NCBI GenBank assembly: GCA_965368975.1
Contig: CBDUPA010000011.1
Location: forward strand, 160,001 to 224,000
Reading direction: 5' to 3'
DNA: 64,000 nt
From: an uncultured bacterium
Lineage (GTDB): Bacteria; Acidobacteriota; Thermoanaerobaculia; Multivoradales; JAHZIX01
Below are positions 10,868-21,104 of this stretch, one piece after another (the first letter of the stretch is position 1; each line of letters begins with the position of its first letter). A program made the translations under genes and the position numbers. The notes under the pieces were generated by a model. It was not told where the DNA came from, made no database searches, and was given only the letters and a program-made list of their open reading frames with translations.

Positions 10868-12049
10868 TCACCACCCCACCGTCATCCCCAACGCTCCCTC
10901 TTCTCGGTACACCACCCGGTACTGCTTGCCCGCCGCCTTCTCGGCCTCGAAGTAGCCGTCCAGCCGACTCTCACGATACGTCAGGTGCAGCGTGAACTCG
11001 GCGTCGCCACGTGCTGCGGACAGTAGTTCGAAGGTGTGCAGCTCCGGGTTGTGGTGACGGCCATCGCCGGAGACGACGTAGTGGTCGGCGGTGATGCGCT
11101 GGAAGAAGTCGAGATCGACGTTGCGATCGCTCCCGTGGTGGGGCAGTTTGAGCAGGTCGACGTGGATCTTGCCGCCCGCTTCGACGAGCTTGGCGTTCTC
11201 CAGCCCTTCGAGGACGTCGTCGCCGCGCGCGTCGCCGGTCAGGAGGAGACGCCGCGGCACCCCTTCGACCTCGGCCTCGGCGAGCACGACGATGCTGGCC
11301 AGGTTGAAGGCGCTCTTGTCGATGTAAGCGGCAGCCTGGGCACGCTCGCTCGTAGTGCCGAGTTCGAGACGCTTCAGTTCCTTGTCCCACCTGCGCTGCA
11401 GTTCCTCGACGCGCTGCAGGCGCGGACCGAGCACGACGAACTCGAGGCCGTCACCCCAATCGACCCGAAAGGCTTCTCGCGGGGGCGCGACGACCAGGTC
11501 GTCGAACGGGGTGTTGATCTCGATCGCCAGGGCCATGGCTTGCTGTTGCAGCTTGCGGCCCTGGCGCACGCTGGCGACCACCAAGGAGGTTGGCTGGCTG
11601 AGCGGGAAGTCGGCGGGCATGTTCCCTTCGGCTGCTGCTGCGATGGCTTCGCCGGTTGCGTCGCCGACCGCTTCGTACAGACTCTCGACGCGGTTGTCGA
11701 TGACGTCGTCGAAGGCGTTGTGCCACAGGGTGAGGATGTCGAACGGCGGTTCGCGTGTCTCGTCGGCACGGGCCTCGTCGAGGTCTTCGAACAGGTCGAG
11801 GACGCCGTTGATGTGGTCGTCATCAATGTGACTGACCATCAGTAGCTCGATCGGCAAGGGTGCATCGGGACGGCTCCCGGCCCGCTGGTTGTACTCGTCT
11901 CGCAGCTCTTCCAGGCGCGGGCGCAGGGCCTCTTCGTAGATGCGGCCGGGACCCCCGTCGATGACGATCAGCTTGGGGTCGTCGGGATCGCCGTAGTGCA
12001 GCAGCAGGGCGTCGCCATACCGTGCGGCGAGGGCTTCGAGTTGCAGCAT
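10868..12049 (-). CDS. ComEC/Rec2-type metallo-beta-lactamase-fold hydrolase
   Basis: GDALLL, IDGGP, SHIDDDH, LLTGDA, KLPHHGS, HHNP; likely ATG at 12049 with GAGGAGG SD (track ORF over-extended). Confidence 0.85.
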   Translation of the reverse strand: MLQLEALAARYGDALLLHYGDPDDPKLIVIDGGPGRIYEEALRPRLEELRDEYNQRAGSRPDAPLPIELLMVSHIDDDHINGVLDLFEDLDEARADETREPPFDILTLWHNAFDDVIDNRVESLYEAVGDATGEAIAAAAEGNMPADFPLSQPTSLVVASVRQGRKLQQQAMALAIEINTPFDDLVVAPPREAFRVDWGDGLEFVVLGPRLQRVEELQRRWDKELKRLELGTTSERAQAAAYIDKSAFNLASIVVLAEAEVEGVPRRLLLTGDARGDDVLEGLENAKLVEAGGKIHVDLLKLPHHGSDRNVDLDFFQRITADHYVVSGDGRHHNPELHTFELLSAARGDAEFTLHLTYRESRLDGYFEAEKAAGKQYRVVYREEGALGMTVGW

Positions 12050-12066
12050 CTTGGCCTCCTCGGGGT

Positions 12067-14136
12067 CTACACGGATTGCAGGGCGCGCAGGATGTCGAGC
12101 ATGCCGGCACCCTGGAAGTAACGCTCGCGCCCGAGGTCGGTGGCGGTCGAGCACAGGATGTGCTTGATCTTCTCGGGCTCGCCGACCAGCTCCTTGTGCC
12201 GTGCCATTAGCAATGCGGCGGCGCCACTGACGTGCGGTGCGGCCATGGAAGTGCCGTCCTTGCGGCCGGTGCCTTTGTCCGGGATCGGTGCCACGACCTT
12301 CTCGCCGGGGGCCACGAGGTCCGGCTTCAGCCGGCCGTCGCCGGTGGGGCCGCGGCTGGAGAAGTAGCTGACGCCGTAGGTGTGCGGACGGTAGCGGTGG
12401 GTGGCGCCGACGGTGATGGCACAGTCGGCGTTGCCGGGATCGGTGATGCTGATGCTGTGGTAGCCGTCGAGGATGCCGCTGAGCGTCTGGTACTGCTGGT
12501 AGCCGGCGTTGCCGGCGGCAGCGACGACCACGATGCCGGCACCGAACAGGCGGTCGCACTCCTCACACACCGGTGTGCGACCGCAGGCGAAGTTGGCCAC
12601 CGCGTGCGGAATCGAGAAGCTGAGGTTGACGCCCTGGACGACCATGTAGTCCTTGTGGGCATTCAGGTAGCGCACGAACTGGAGTGCTGCCATGACGCCG
12701 AACTCGTCACCGTTGCCGTCGTCGTCGAGGACGCGCAGGTCGTATAGCTTCAGATCTGGACACACACCCTGCAGGTCACTGTCGCGCAACGGCGGTGCGC
12801 CGATTCTTGGCGTCAGCTCGCCGTCCTTCTGCTGCCAGTCAGCGGCAAGGATCCCGGCAACGTGGGTCCCATGTTCGTGGCGCGGTGGCTTGTAGACGTT
12901 CTGCCCGCCGCTGGGATCGGTATAGCGGTGCGGGATCTCCAGGAACGGCTTGAGCAGTTCCCAGTCGATGTCGCGTCCGCTCTGTAGGCTGCGCCGGAGG
13001 TCCTGGGCCTGTCGCCGGCTGAGCCGGTCCTCTTCGAAGCGCTCGCGCAGGCCTTGGGGCAGGCGATCGAGGTCCGGGCCGCCAGGCCGTAGCAGGTCGC
13101 GCACGCGGGTGAAGTCATAGCTGCCGACGATGCGCGTGTGGTTGTGCCAGCGTCGACCGTGCTCGTCCTTGGCAAAGGCCTCTGCTTGCAGGCACTCGTC
13201 GCCGGAACGGGCGCGGAAGGCAGGATGGGTGGCATCAATGCCGCTGTCGAGGACCGCCCAGGTGAGGCTCGAGCAGCCGATGTCGAAGACGCGGCGGGCC
13301 GCGTCGGCCTTGATCGTACTCACCGAGTGCGAGATCGCCGGTGCAGCCCGCCGGTTGCAGTTGAGCAGCCAGATCAGGCGTCCGACTTCGTCGGGGTCCA
13401 CGGTCAGGGGTTGCTGCTCACTTCGACCCTCGGTGGTGTCGTCTTGGGTGTCGCCATCGCGCCACGGCAGGGGATCCTGCAGCAGCAGGAGCAGCTCCTG
13501 GAGGATCTCGTCCAGGTTCTCGCGCACGTCCTGCGGCGTTTGTAGATGGCTTCGGTCTGGACTCACGAAAGCGAAATTCAGCGTACCGACGACCAGGGTC
13601 ATCCACAGCAGGTCGGGTGGAATCGCCTTGTCCTGATCGTCCCGCATCAGTACCTGGTTCTGGCCGCTCAGTAGATCCGACAGCGCTTTGCGGAAGGGGC
13701 GCCAAAGGAGGGCTGCCTCCAGATCTCGGTGATACCGCCGCACGTAGCGATGCCACCACGACGACATCGGCAAAACGATGCGCACCACCTCGTCGAAGTA
13801 GAGACGAGCTACGACGATGGCCTGGTTGAAGGCGACGTCCGGCATGCGATCTCGCACCAGGACCTTGCTGTGCATCTCTTGCCAGCGCTCGCGGCTACGC
13901 TCGACCTCGAGTGCCTGCTGCAACAGCGTCGCGACGCGCGCCGGGTAGGAGGCCCGGTGTGGCGTAATCAACAGGTCGATCGGTTCTCGCTTGCTGGTTC
14001 GCGCGTCTTTGTCGGCCAGGACCTGCCGCGCGAAGGCGAGCCAGACATCGGGCAGGACAGGCGAGTCTTGGGTGTAGCGGCGATCGCTCCGGTTGCCGAA
14101 GATCAGCTTCTTGATCAGCTCTTCTTGCACGTACAC
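12067..14136 (-). CDS. S8 subtilase-family serine protease, no signal peptide
   Basis: Triad VLDSGID / HGTHVAGI / GTSMAAPHV, AAGN oxyanion motif; GTG start with GGGAGA SD. Confidence 0.92.
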   Translation of the reverse strand: MYVQEELIKKLIFGNRSDRRYTQDSPVLPDVWLAFARQVLADKDARTSKREPIDLLITPHRASYPARVATLLQQALEVERSRERWQEMHSKVLVRDRMPDVAFNQAIVVARLYFDEVVRIVLPMSSWWHRYVRRYHRDLEAALLWRPFRKALSDLLSGQNQVLMRDDQDKAIPPDLLWMTLVVGTLNFAFVSPDRSHLQTPQDVRENLDEILQELLLLLQDPLPWRDGDTQDDTTEGRSEQQPLTVDPDEVGRLIWLLNCNRRAAPAISHSVSTIKADAARRVFDIGCSSLTWAVLDSGIDATHPAFRARSGDECLQAEAFAKDEHGRRWHNHTRIVGSYDFTRVRDLLRPGGPDLDRLPQGLRERFEEDRLSRRQAQDLRRSLQSGRDIDWELLKPFLEIPHRYTDPSGGQNVYKPPRHEHGTHVAGILAADWQQKDGELTPRIGAPPLRDSDLQGVCPDLKLYDLRVLDDDGNGDEFGVMAALQFVRYLNAHKDYMVVQGVNLSFSIPHAVANFACGRTPVCEECDRLFGAGIVVVAAAGNAGYQQYQTLSGILDGYHSISITDPGNADCAITVGATHRYRPHTYGVSYFSSRGPTGDGRLKPDLVAPGEKVVAPIPDKGTGRKDGTSMAAPHVSGAAALLMARHKELVGEPEKIKHILCSTATDLGRERYFQGAGMLDILRALQSV

Positions 14137-14277
14137 GCCATGTCTCCCGAGGATGCGGTGCTTCGAATGAGATTTCTTGAGGGCATCCTACACTACGTGT
14201 CGCCGCTGGCTCGGTGAATCTCCGGTCGCCCTGCCGAGGCCACTTGCGCTGGGCAGTTCGGTTAGACTCGTGCGTCG

Positions 14278-16431
14278 ATGTCTTCTTCCACTCTCGAAGC
14301 AACTCTAGCCCGCGTCTTCGGTCACGATCGCTTCCGTCCCGGCCAGCGCGAGTCCGCGCAAGCCGTGCTCGACGGTCGCGAGCTGGTGGCCGTCATGCCG
14401 ACGGGTGCCGGCAAGTCGCTGTGCTACCAGCTGCCGGCCATGCTGCTCGAGGGTGTCACCGTCGTGGTGTCGCCGCTGATCGCGCTGATGAAGGACCAGG
14501 TCGACGCGCTACGGCGGTACAAGGTGCCGGCGGCGGCGATCCACTCGGGCATGTCGCGGGTGGAGCGGGCGGCGGCTGAGAACGACTTGCGCGCCGGCCG
14601 GCTGCGACTGATCTACGTGGCGCCGGAACGGCTGGCGAATCCATACTTCGTGCGGCAATTGCAGCAGACACGCGTGGCGCGACTGGTGGTCGACGAGGCG
14701 CACTGTATCAGCCAGTGGGGCCACGATTTCCGGCCCGACTATCGGCGCCTCGGCAAGCTGCGGGCCGAACTCGGTGTGCCGTCCGCGGCCTTCACCGCCA
14801 CCGCGACGCCGGAGGTGCGGGTCGATATCGGGCGTCAGCTGGGGCTCGAGGATCCGTTGCAGCTGGTCACCGGCTTCGAGCGGCCAAACCTGACGCTGGC
14901 GGTCGAAGAATGCCGCGGCAAGGCAGCCAAGCTGCAAGCTCTGCGGCGCGTGGTGGCGGAGGTGGGTGCGCCGGGTATCGTCTACGCGGCGACGCGGCGC
15001 GGCGTCGAGGCCTGGGGTGCCGCGCTGCGCGAGCTCGGACTGAAGGCCGGTTGCTATCACGCCGGCATCTCGGACAGGGAGCGGCACCGCGTCCAGGACG
15101 CCTTTCTCGGTGGCGAGCTGGAGGCCATCGCCGCCACGAATGCGTTTGGCATGGGCGTCGACAAGGCCAACATCCGCTTCGTCGTCCACGCCGACCTGCC
15201 CGGTAGTCTGGAGGCCTACTACCAGGAGGCCGGTCGTGCCGGCCGCGATGGCGAACCGGCGCGCTGTGCCTTGCTCTATGCGCCGGTCGACATTCGCACG
15301 CAGGAGTTCTTTCTCCACGGCTCGAACCCTCCCGCGACTGCTTTCCGGGTGGTGTGGGAGCTGCTCGGCCGCGGTGCCGGCGAGGGCGAGATCGAGGCCG
15401 CCGCTGGCAACGATGCCGCGTCGCGCATGGCGTACCAGACGGCCGCGCGCCTGTTGCTGCAGGCGGCGGAAACCCGCGGTATCCGTCCGGGTGGCGGCGC
15501 CCCCGGTGCTGAGGAGCTGCCCGTCGATCTGAGCGCCGTGCGGGAGAAGGCGCGCCGGGATCGCGAGCGCTTGACGACGATGGTGCGCTACGCCGCCGAA
15601 CGCGACACCTGTCGAACCCGTGCCATTTACTTCTACTTCGCGGGCGACGAAGCGCGCGAGGAGGACGCTCCGACGTGCGGGACCTGCGACGTGTGCCAAG
15701 GTTGGCACGAGGTGCGGGGACGGCCGCTGGACGACGACGAGGTACTGGCCACGCGCATCGCGCTCTCCGGCGTCGCCCGTCTGGACCGTCGCTTCGGGGT
15801 CGAGCGCATCGCCCAGATGCTGGTCGGCAGCCGCAACCAGGAAGTTCTGCGCCGCGGTCTCGACAAGTTGCCGACCTACGGCAAGCTGAGCCGCTTCAGC
15901 CAGGCCGTGGTCAAGGAGCTGCTCGGCGTGCTGCTGGACGCCCGCCTGATCGACCGTACCGAAGTGCACGGCGGCGGCCCGGGTGCCTTCGTGCTCACCC
16001 TCACCGACGAGGGGCGAGCGGTGATGCGTGGCGACATACGGCCCGAGCTGCCACTGCCCCCTCGGCGTGGCTCTTCGGTCTCCTCGTCACCGCGGCCCTC
16101 GCACACGGGCCGGGCTTCTGGGCCCGCCGTTGAGCCCGGAATGGCCCCCGAGTTGCGCGCTCCCAACTTGGCCGTTCTCGGCCGCGCCGGGGACGATGCA
16201 GCGGACGCCGATCCCGACCTGGTGATGCGCCTCAAGGAGTGGCGCACGGAGGAAGCTCGGGACCAGGGCAAGCCACCCTATGTCGTCTTCCACGACAAGA
16301 CCCTGGTCGCCATCGCCGCCCAGCGCCCCGACGACCTGGACGCCCTGGCTCAGGTCAAAGGTGTCGGCCCGGCCAAGCTGGAGAAGTACGGAGAAGTGGT
16401 CTTAGAACTCATAGGTTCGACCTTGCTCTAG
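14278..16431 (+). CDS. recQ: ATP-dependent DNA helicase RecQ
   Basis: MPTGAGKSLCYQ, DEAHCISQWGHDFRP, QEAGRAGRDG, Zn-binding CxxCDxC, RQC, HRDC. Confidence 0.95.
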   Translation: MSSSTLEATLARVFGHDRFRPGQRESAQAVLDGRELVAVMPTGAGKSLCYQLPAMLLEGVTVVVSPLIALMKDQVDALRRYKVPAAAIHSGMSRVERAAAENDLRAGRLRLIYVAPERLANPYFVRQLQQTRVARLVVDEAHCISQWGHDFRPDYRRLGKLRAELGVPSAAFTATATPEVRVDIGRQLGLEDPLQLVTGFERPNLTLAVEECRGKAAKLQALRRVVAEVGAPGIVYAATRRGVEAWGAALRELGLKAGCYHAGISDRERHRVQDAFLGGELEAIAATNAFGMGVDKANIRFVVHADLPGSLEAYYQEAGRAGRDGEPARCALLYAPVDIRTQEFFLHGSNPPATAFRVVWELLGRGAGEGEIEAAAGNDAASRMAYQTAARLLLQAAETRGIRPGGGAPGAEELPVDLSAVREKARRDRERLTTMVRYAAERDTCRTRAIYFYFAGDEAREEDAPTCGTCDVCQGWHEVRGRPLDDDEVLATRIALSGVARLDRRFGVERIAQMLVGSRNQEVLRRGLDKLPTYGKLSRFSQAVVKELLGVLLDARLIDRTEVHGGGPGAFVLTLTDEGRAVMRGDIRPELPLPPRRGSSVSSSPRPSHTGRASGPAVEPGMAPELRAPNLAVLGRAGDDAADADPDLVMRLKEWRTEEARDQGKPPYVVFHDKTLVAIAAQRPDDLDALAQVKGVGPAKLEKYGEVVLELIGSTLL

Positions 16432-17163
16432 GAAGCTCAAGTCCGGGTTGTTCAGCGCCGCGACCTCTTGGTGGATCTTCTCGATACACGGCGGCTTCAG
16501 GTGGTGGAGCAGGATCGGGACGCGCCGTTCGAGCTTCTGCAACTCTTGCTGCAGCGAGTGCGGTGTCAGGTGTAGCGAAACGTCCGCCACCTGCTGCATC
16601 GAGTTGTCGAAGCTGGTGTCGACGCAGATCGCTTTCAGGTTCGGCGTCCGGTTGGCCAGCTCCCACAGCCGGTGCGTGGGGCCGGTGTCGCTGGACCACA
16701 GCACCGCGCTGCTACCTTCCTCGATCAGGTAGCCGAAGGTCGGGATGACGTGGTCGACGGCAACCGGAGTGAAGCGGACGCCATCAATGATGACCGGCAC
16801 TTCCTCGTGCAGGTCTAGGAAGCGCACCGAAGGTAGCAGGTGGTTGGGCAGGCGCGAGAAGTCAGGCCACACCTCGTTGTTGAACAGGTACTTGCGAATC
16901 GCGTAGATGGTGGCTGGCGAGGCGTGGATGTCGATCGCGCCGTCACGCTTGCCGAAGACGTTCTCGATGAAGAACGGCAGCGCGTTGGTGTGGTCCATGT
17001 GCGAGTGGGTGAGCACGATGGAGTGCACGCGCACCTGCTCTTCCACGGACAATGCCTGGGTCAACGAGCCGGCGTCCAGTGCGATGCGGTCGTTGATCAG
17101 AAGGCATGTCATCCGAGTGTTGAGACTCTCGCCGCCGTAACCACCTAATACTCGAATGCGCAT
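16402..17163 (-). CDS. Class II 3',5'-cyclic nucleotide phosphodiesterase (MBL fold)
   Basis: VLGGYGG, LDAGS, THSHMDH, FNNEVWPDF, SDTGPT, HLTP, HLKP. Confidence 0.85.
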   Translation of the reverse strand: MRIRVLGGYGGESLNTRMTCLLINDRIALDAGSLTQALSVEEQVRVHSIVLTHSHMDHTNALPFFIENVFGKRDGAIDIHASPATIYAIRKYLFNNEVWPDFSRLPNHLLPSVRFLDLHEEVPVIIDGVRFTPVAVDHVIPTFGYLIEEGSSAVLWSSDTGPTHRLWELANRTPNLKAICVDTSFDNSMQQVADVSLHLTPHSLQQELQKLERRVPILLHHLKPPCIEKIHQEVAALNNPDLSFLEQGRTYEF

Positions 17164-17290
17164 AAGTTGACCGATTCTATGCGGGATAGATCAACGGGCA
17201 CAACCCAGGACCATGAAAGTGGGGTCGTACGACTTGGGTCAAGTGGGGTCCATCCCTGGGGCGATTGTACGCTTTCGGCGCAGGAAACGA

Positions 17291-17326
17291 AAACGGCGCG
17301 GCTGGCCTGTGCCCGCCGCGCCGTTT
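17291..17326. terminator. Intrinsic terminator-like hairpin after the Omp85 gene
   Basis: aaacggcgcggc...gccgcgccgttt 12-bp stem with T/A runs on both sides. Confidence 0.7.
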
Positions 17327-17347
17327 CTTGTCTCCGTCAGGCAGCGA

Positions 17348-20272
17348 TCAGAAGCGCGCGCCGATGTAGAAGTCGGTGCGGAAGCTACTGCCACTGTCCT
17401 TGAAGTCCCATTCCTTGGAGAAGTCCCAGTTGAGGTTGAGACCCAGGAAGTTGACGCTGACACCGAAGCCGTAGGCGGCTAGGGCATCTTCCAGGCGGCT
17501 TTCGTCGCTGTTCCAGAAGTCGAAGTCTTCAGCGTCGTTGTACCAGGCGCCACCGATGTCCAGGAAGACACGGCCGCGGATACCCTGGAAGACCAGAACC
17601 GGCGTGGCCAGCAGGTCGATCAGAGGGAAGCGGTACTCAATGTTGGCGAAGAAAACACGATCTCCGGTCAGCTCGCGGTACTCGAAGCCGCGCAAAGTAT
17701 CGAGACCACCAATCGCCAGAATCACCGGCGTGTTGCCTTCGGCTGCCGCAGCGTAGAGCCGCAGAGCAACGTTGCTGCGCTGGCTGACGCTGAAGTACTT
17801 GCGGGCGTCGAGGGCGACGTAGCTGGTCAGTGTGCCGCTGTCGTCGAGGTCCGGAGCGTAGCTGACGTCGGCGCGGATCAGGTTACCGCTGACCGGTCCG
17901 TACGGTGCGTAGACCGCGTTGTCGTGCACCAGGCTGGTGCGCACGAACGGGTAGTCGTCCTCGACATCGACGAAGTTGAATTCGAGGAAGCCGCTGTCGG
18001 GGTTGAAGTTCGGGACCTGGAAGCGGAACTGGCGGTAGATATACCCAACTCCGGCCTCGAAACGGGTGTTGAAGGAGAGGGGGTAGATCAGCGACCCTTC
18101 GAGGCCGGTCAGCTGGTAGGCCTCTTCGCTGCGATTGATCTCGTTGCGTCGACTGTCGAAGGTTGTGTAGAAGTATCGATCGTCGAACAGGTGCACCTGC
18201 CACTGCAGGCGATTCTCCAGGTTGAGGTAGTAGATATCGAAGTTGGACAGGCTGTTCTGGGAGTCGAAGACGCCGATGATGCGGCGATCGCCAAGGTAGT
18301 CAGAGAACGTCAGGATCACCTGGCCGAGGAAATCCTGGTTGTCGGTGACACCGATGAAGGCGTCGGCGTTCTCGAGGAAGAACTTGCCGCCGCCGTAGCC
18401 TTCTTTATTGGCGTCATCCAGGGCAACCTGGATATCCGGCTCGAACTGCGGTAGGTCGGCCATGGTGACCGGCTCGGTGTCGAGCTCTTCGCGCGTCGGT
18501 TCGCCGACCGGTTCTTCGAGCTCGTTGACGAACAGCTCGAAACGGTTCTTCCAGTAGCCGACATAAACCAACTCATCCTTGCCTTCGTTGTCGGACAGCA
18601 CGGTGGGCATGAAGCAGCCGGTGACGACATCGGTGTACTGGCGGATGTCGCCTTCGCCCAGGTCGAGGCTGTAGATATTGTCGATGCCGTTGCCGCGGTC
18701 GGAGGCGAAGTAGAGCGTCTGGCCATCGCTGCTGAAGGTGGCGTCCTTGTCGTTGGCGTCGCCGTAGGTCAGCTGGAAGCGGCGGTCCGGGTTGCCCCAT
18801 TCGAGGCTGAACAGCTTGGCGTAGTCCCCCACGACCGAGCTGTAGACCAGCCGCTCGCCGTCCGGGGAGAAGGTCGGGGCGGCGTCGTAGAGCGCATCGT
18901 TGGTGACGTTGCGCACTTCCAGCGTCTCGAGGTCGATGGCGAAGATGTCGAACGAGCCGTTCTGGTTGCCGCCGAAGGCGATGGTGCGGCCGTCGGGATG
19001 CCAGGTGGGCGAGAACGGCTGCTCGACGTCGAGGTCGATGATCTGGCGAATCCCGCCTTTGATCACGTCGATCAGCACCAGCGAGCGGCCGCGCTCGCGC
19101 TTGGCGAAGGTGGCCAGGGTGTTGCCGTCAGGTGAGAAGGTGAGGTCGCGGCCCATGCCCGGCGGCGAGGCGACGAACTTGGCCGCGATGTACTGGTACT
19201 CGGTTTCGAAGCCGCGCGTCAGGTTGCGCAGGAAGCGGCGCTTGCGGGCGTCGAAGAGGATGACGTCCAGTTGCCCGGCCTTGTAGGTCGAGAGCGCCGC
19301 CACCAAGTCACCGGACGGTGAGGCAACAGGCGAGATGTCCGAGCTATAAGGGGCGTCCTCGATGCGGAACGGCCGGCCGAAGTCGCCGGGCTCGCCGGTC
19401 TCGACCAGCTGCGGCAGGTACTTCTGGCGTAGCCAGCGGCGGAACTCGCGGTCGAAGTCCTCGGAGTCCATCTTGAAGGTGCGCTCGACGGCACGGCCGA
19501 CGCGCGAGCCGATGGTGTTGCGGAACTCATAGATGAAGTCCAGGAAGCCGTCCTGCCCCCAGCGCTCTTCGATGAAGTCGAACACCGCGTGGCCGAAGCG
19601 GTAGGCGAAGAAGCCGCCGATGTTGCTCTGTGTGATCGGCGGGATGTTGTCGTTGACCACCATGTCGCGCAGGAACATGCGATCAGTGGTCTGCTCGTCC
19701 TTGGCCATGTAGCTGGCCATACCCTCGGTGAGCCACAGTGGGGCATTGTTCGCCAGGCCCTTGGCCAGGCTGCCCTGGTACAGCATGTAGTACTGGAAGA
19801 TGTGGGTCAGCTCGTGCTTGATCAGACCCAGCAGCTCGGGATCCGGCATGTCGACCGGCAGCACCATGCGGTAGCGCACTGGCGAGGCGAAGGCACCGAC
19901 ACCCTCGGGGATGAAGTTGAGGATGATGTTGTTCTGCTCGAAGGCAGAGTGTGTTTCGTAGAAGATCAGCGGCGTCGGGTCCTGGATCTGGTAGTCCAGG
20001 GCCTGCGACAGCTCGTCATAGGCGCTCTCGGCGAAGGAGACCACCTTCTCCAGCAACGCATCTTGTTCGGTGTAGTAGTACACGTCGAAGTGCGGCGAGT
20101 GGTAGATCTGCCAGTCGAAGTCTCGGTACTGGATCTTGTTCTTGCCGAAGCTGTTGTAGTACTGGGCTTCGAGGGTCACCGGAAGCAGGGTGGCAACCAG
20201 CAGCGAGAGGGCGAGACCCACGGCCACGCGTGCTGCCAGGGTGGGAGCTTTGGGAGTCTGGGCGGTCAACAC
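17348..20272 (-). CDS. Omp85/BamA-family barrel protein with N-terminal gluzincin-like domain and PD40/TolB beta-propeller
   Basis: Signal peptide; HELTH...WLTEGMA; SPSG/FSPDG/WHPDG repeats; LRGF motif; C-terminal Phe. Confidence 0.85.
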   Translation of the reverse strand: MLTAQTPKAPTLAARVAVGLALSLLVATLLPVTLEAQYYNSFGKNKIQYRDFDWQIYHSPHFDVYYYTEQDALLEKVVSFAESAYDELSQALDYQIQDPTPLIFYETHSAFEQNNIILNFIPEGVGAFASPVRYRMVLPVDMPDPELLGLIKHELTHIFQYYMLYQGSLAKGLANNAPLWLTEGMASYMAKDEQTTDRMFLRDMVVNDNIPPITQSNIGGFFAYRFGHAVFDFIEERWGQDGFLDFIYEFRNTIGSRVGRAVERTFKMDSEDFDREFRRWLRQKYLPQLVETGEPGDFGRPFRIEDAPYSSDISPVASPSGDLVAALSTYKAGQLDVILFDARKRRFLRNLTRGFETEYQYIAAKFVASPPGMGRDLTFSPDGNTLATFAKRERGRSLVLIDVIKGGIRQIIDLDVEQPFSPTWHPDGRTIAFGGNQNGSFDIFAIDLETLEVRNVTNDALYDAAPTFSPDGERLVYSSVVGDYAKLFSLEWGNPDRRFQLTYGDANDKDATFSSDGQTLYFASDRGNGIDNIYSLDLGEGDIRQYTDVVTGCFMPTVLSDNEGKDELVYVGYWKNRFELFVNELEEPVGEPTREELDTEPVTMADLPQFEPDIQVALDDANKEGYGGGKFFLENADAFIGVTDNQDFLGQVILTFSDYLGDRRIIGVFDSQNSLSNFDIYYLNLENRLQWQVHLFDDRYFYTTFDSRRNEINRSEEAYQLTGLEGSLIYPLSFNTRFEAGVGYIYRQFRFQVPNFNPDSGFLEFNFVDVEDDYPFVRTSLVHDNAVYAPYGPVSGNLIRADVSYAPDLDDSGTLTSYVALDARKYFSVSQRSNVALRLYAAAAEGNTPVILAIGGLDTLRGFEYRELTGDRVFFANIEYRFPLIDLLATPVLVFQGIRGRVFLDIGGAWYNDAEDFDFWNSDESRLEDALAAYGFGVSVNFLGLNLNWDFSKEWDFKDSGSSFRTDFYIGARF

Positions 20273-20315
20273 GAGGTCTCCTCCGAGCTACACCTTCGAT
20301 GATCGAGGTGACGAG

Positions 20316-21104
20316 TTACTTGGTGAACAGAATACGGCTGGCCTCGATGGTCTTCTCGGTGAACAATCCGAGAATGCGGTCCTCGAGGGCATAGAGGTTC
20401 TCGAACATGCCGCGCAGCGGGTCGGCTTCCTCGCCTTCGTAGCTCTGGAAGTCTTTGAAGTTGTCGGAGTACATCAGCTCGCCGTTGCGACCGTCGTAGA
20501 CCTGCATCAAGATGTCGTACTCGAAGCCGGTCTGCTCGACCAGCACCTGCCGGTAGTAGGTGCGACCGTTGTAGGGCGACACGTATGGCTCTGTGCGGTA
20601 CCCGGTGCGATCCTGGATGTCGAAGTCGAGGCTGCCGGCGACGATCAGGTCGGCCTGGGTGCGCTCGCCGATGACGCTCCAGAAGTCGGTCTCGCGGCCC
20701 AGTGCCTCGACATCGTAGGTCGGGTAGTCGATCGGGCCGCTCTCGATCACCTTGAGTTCGGTCTCGCGCCGCATCACCTTCTCGAGATAGCGCTCGAACT
20801 CGCTCTGGACATCGATATTGCGACCGCCGCGCGACTGTTGCTCGCCCTCGCGGCTGACCACCAGGAAGGGCGCGATGACGATAGTCTCGCGGTCCTTGAG
20901 GTCGAGCTTGGACTTCTGCGGCAGTTCCAGGCGCACCTCGACGGAGGCGGCGTGGACAGGCTGGCTGACGCCGGGCAGCACCAGCAAGCCGAGCGCGAGA
21001 GCAGCGCCGAGTGCCGATGCGACGACGGGTGCTAGAGCGGGCTCGACGGCCGAAGGAGTTCGGCGCTGGTGCTCAGGAATGGATCGAGCTGGATGCGGGC
21101 TCAT
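20316..21104 (-). CDS. Exported hypothetical protein (CsgG/TolB-N-like)
   Basis: Signal-like segment; QADLIVAGSL; ATGA-coupled to upstream TPR gene. Confidence 0.6.
   Translation of the reverse strand: MSPHPARSIPEHQRRTPSAVEPALAPVVASALGAALALGLLVLPGVSQPVHAASVEVRLELPQKSKLDLKDRETIVIAPFLVVSREGEQQSRGGRNIDVQSEFERYLEKVMRRETELKVIESGPIDYPTYDVEALGRETDFWSVIGERTQADLIVAGSLDFDIQDRTGYRTEPYVSPYNGRTYYRQVLVEQTGFEYDILMQVYDGRNGELMYSDNFKDFQSYEGEEADPLRGMFENLYALEDRILGLFTEKTIEASRILFTK

Noticed and set aside
12050-12559. N-terminal extension of the MBL ORF overlapping the S8 gene
   Set aside because: Arg/Pro-rich off-frame translation; a strong SD supports the start at 12049.
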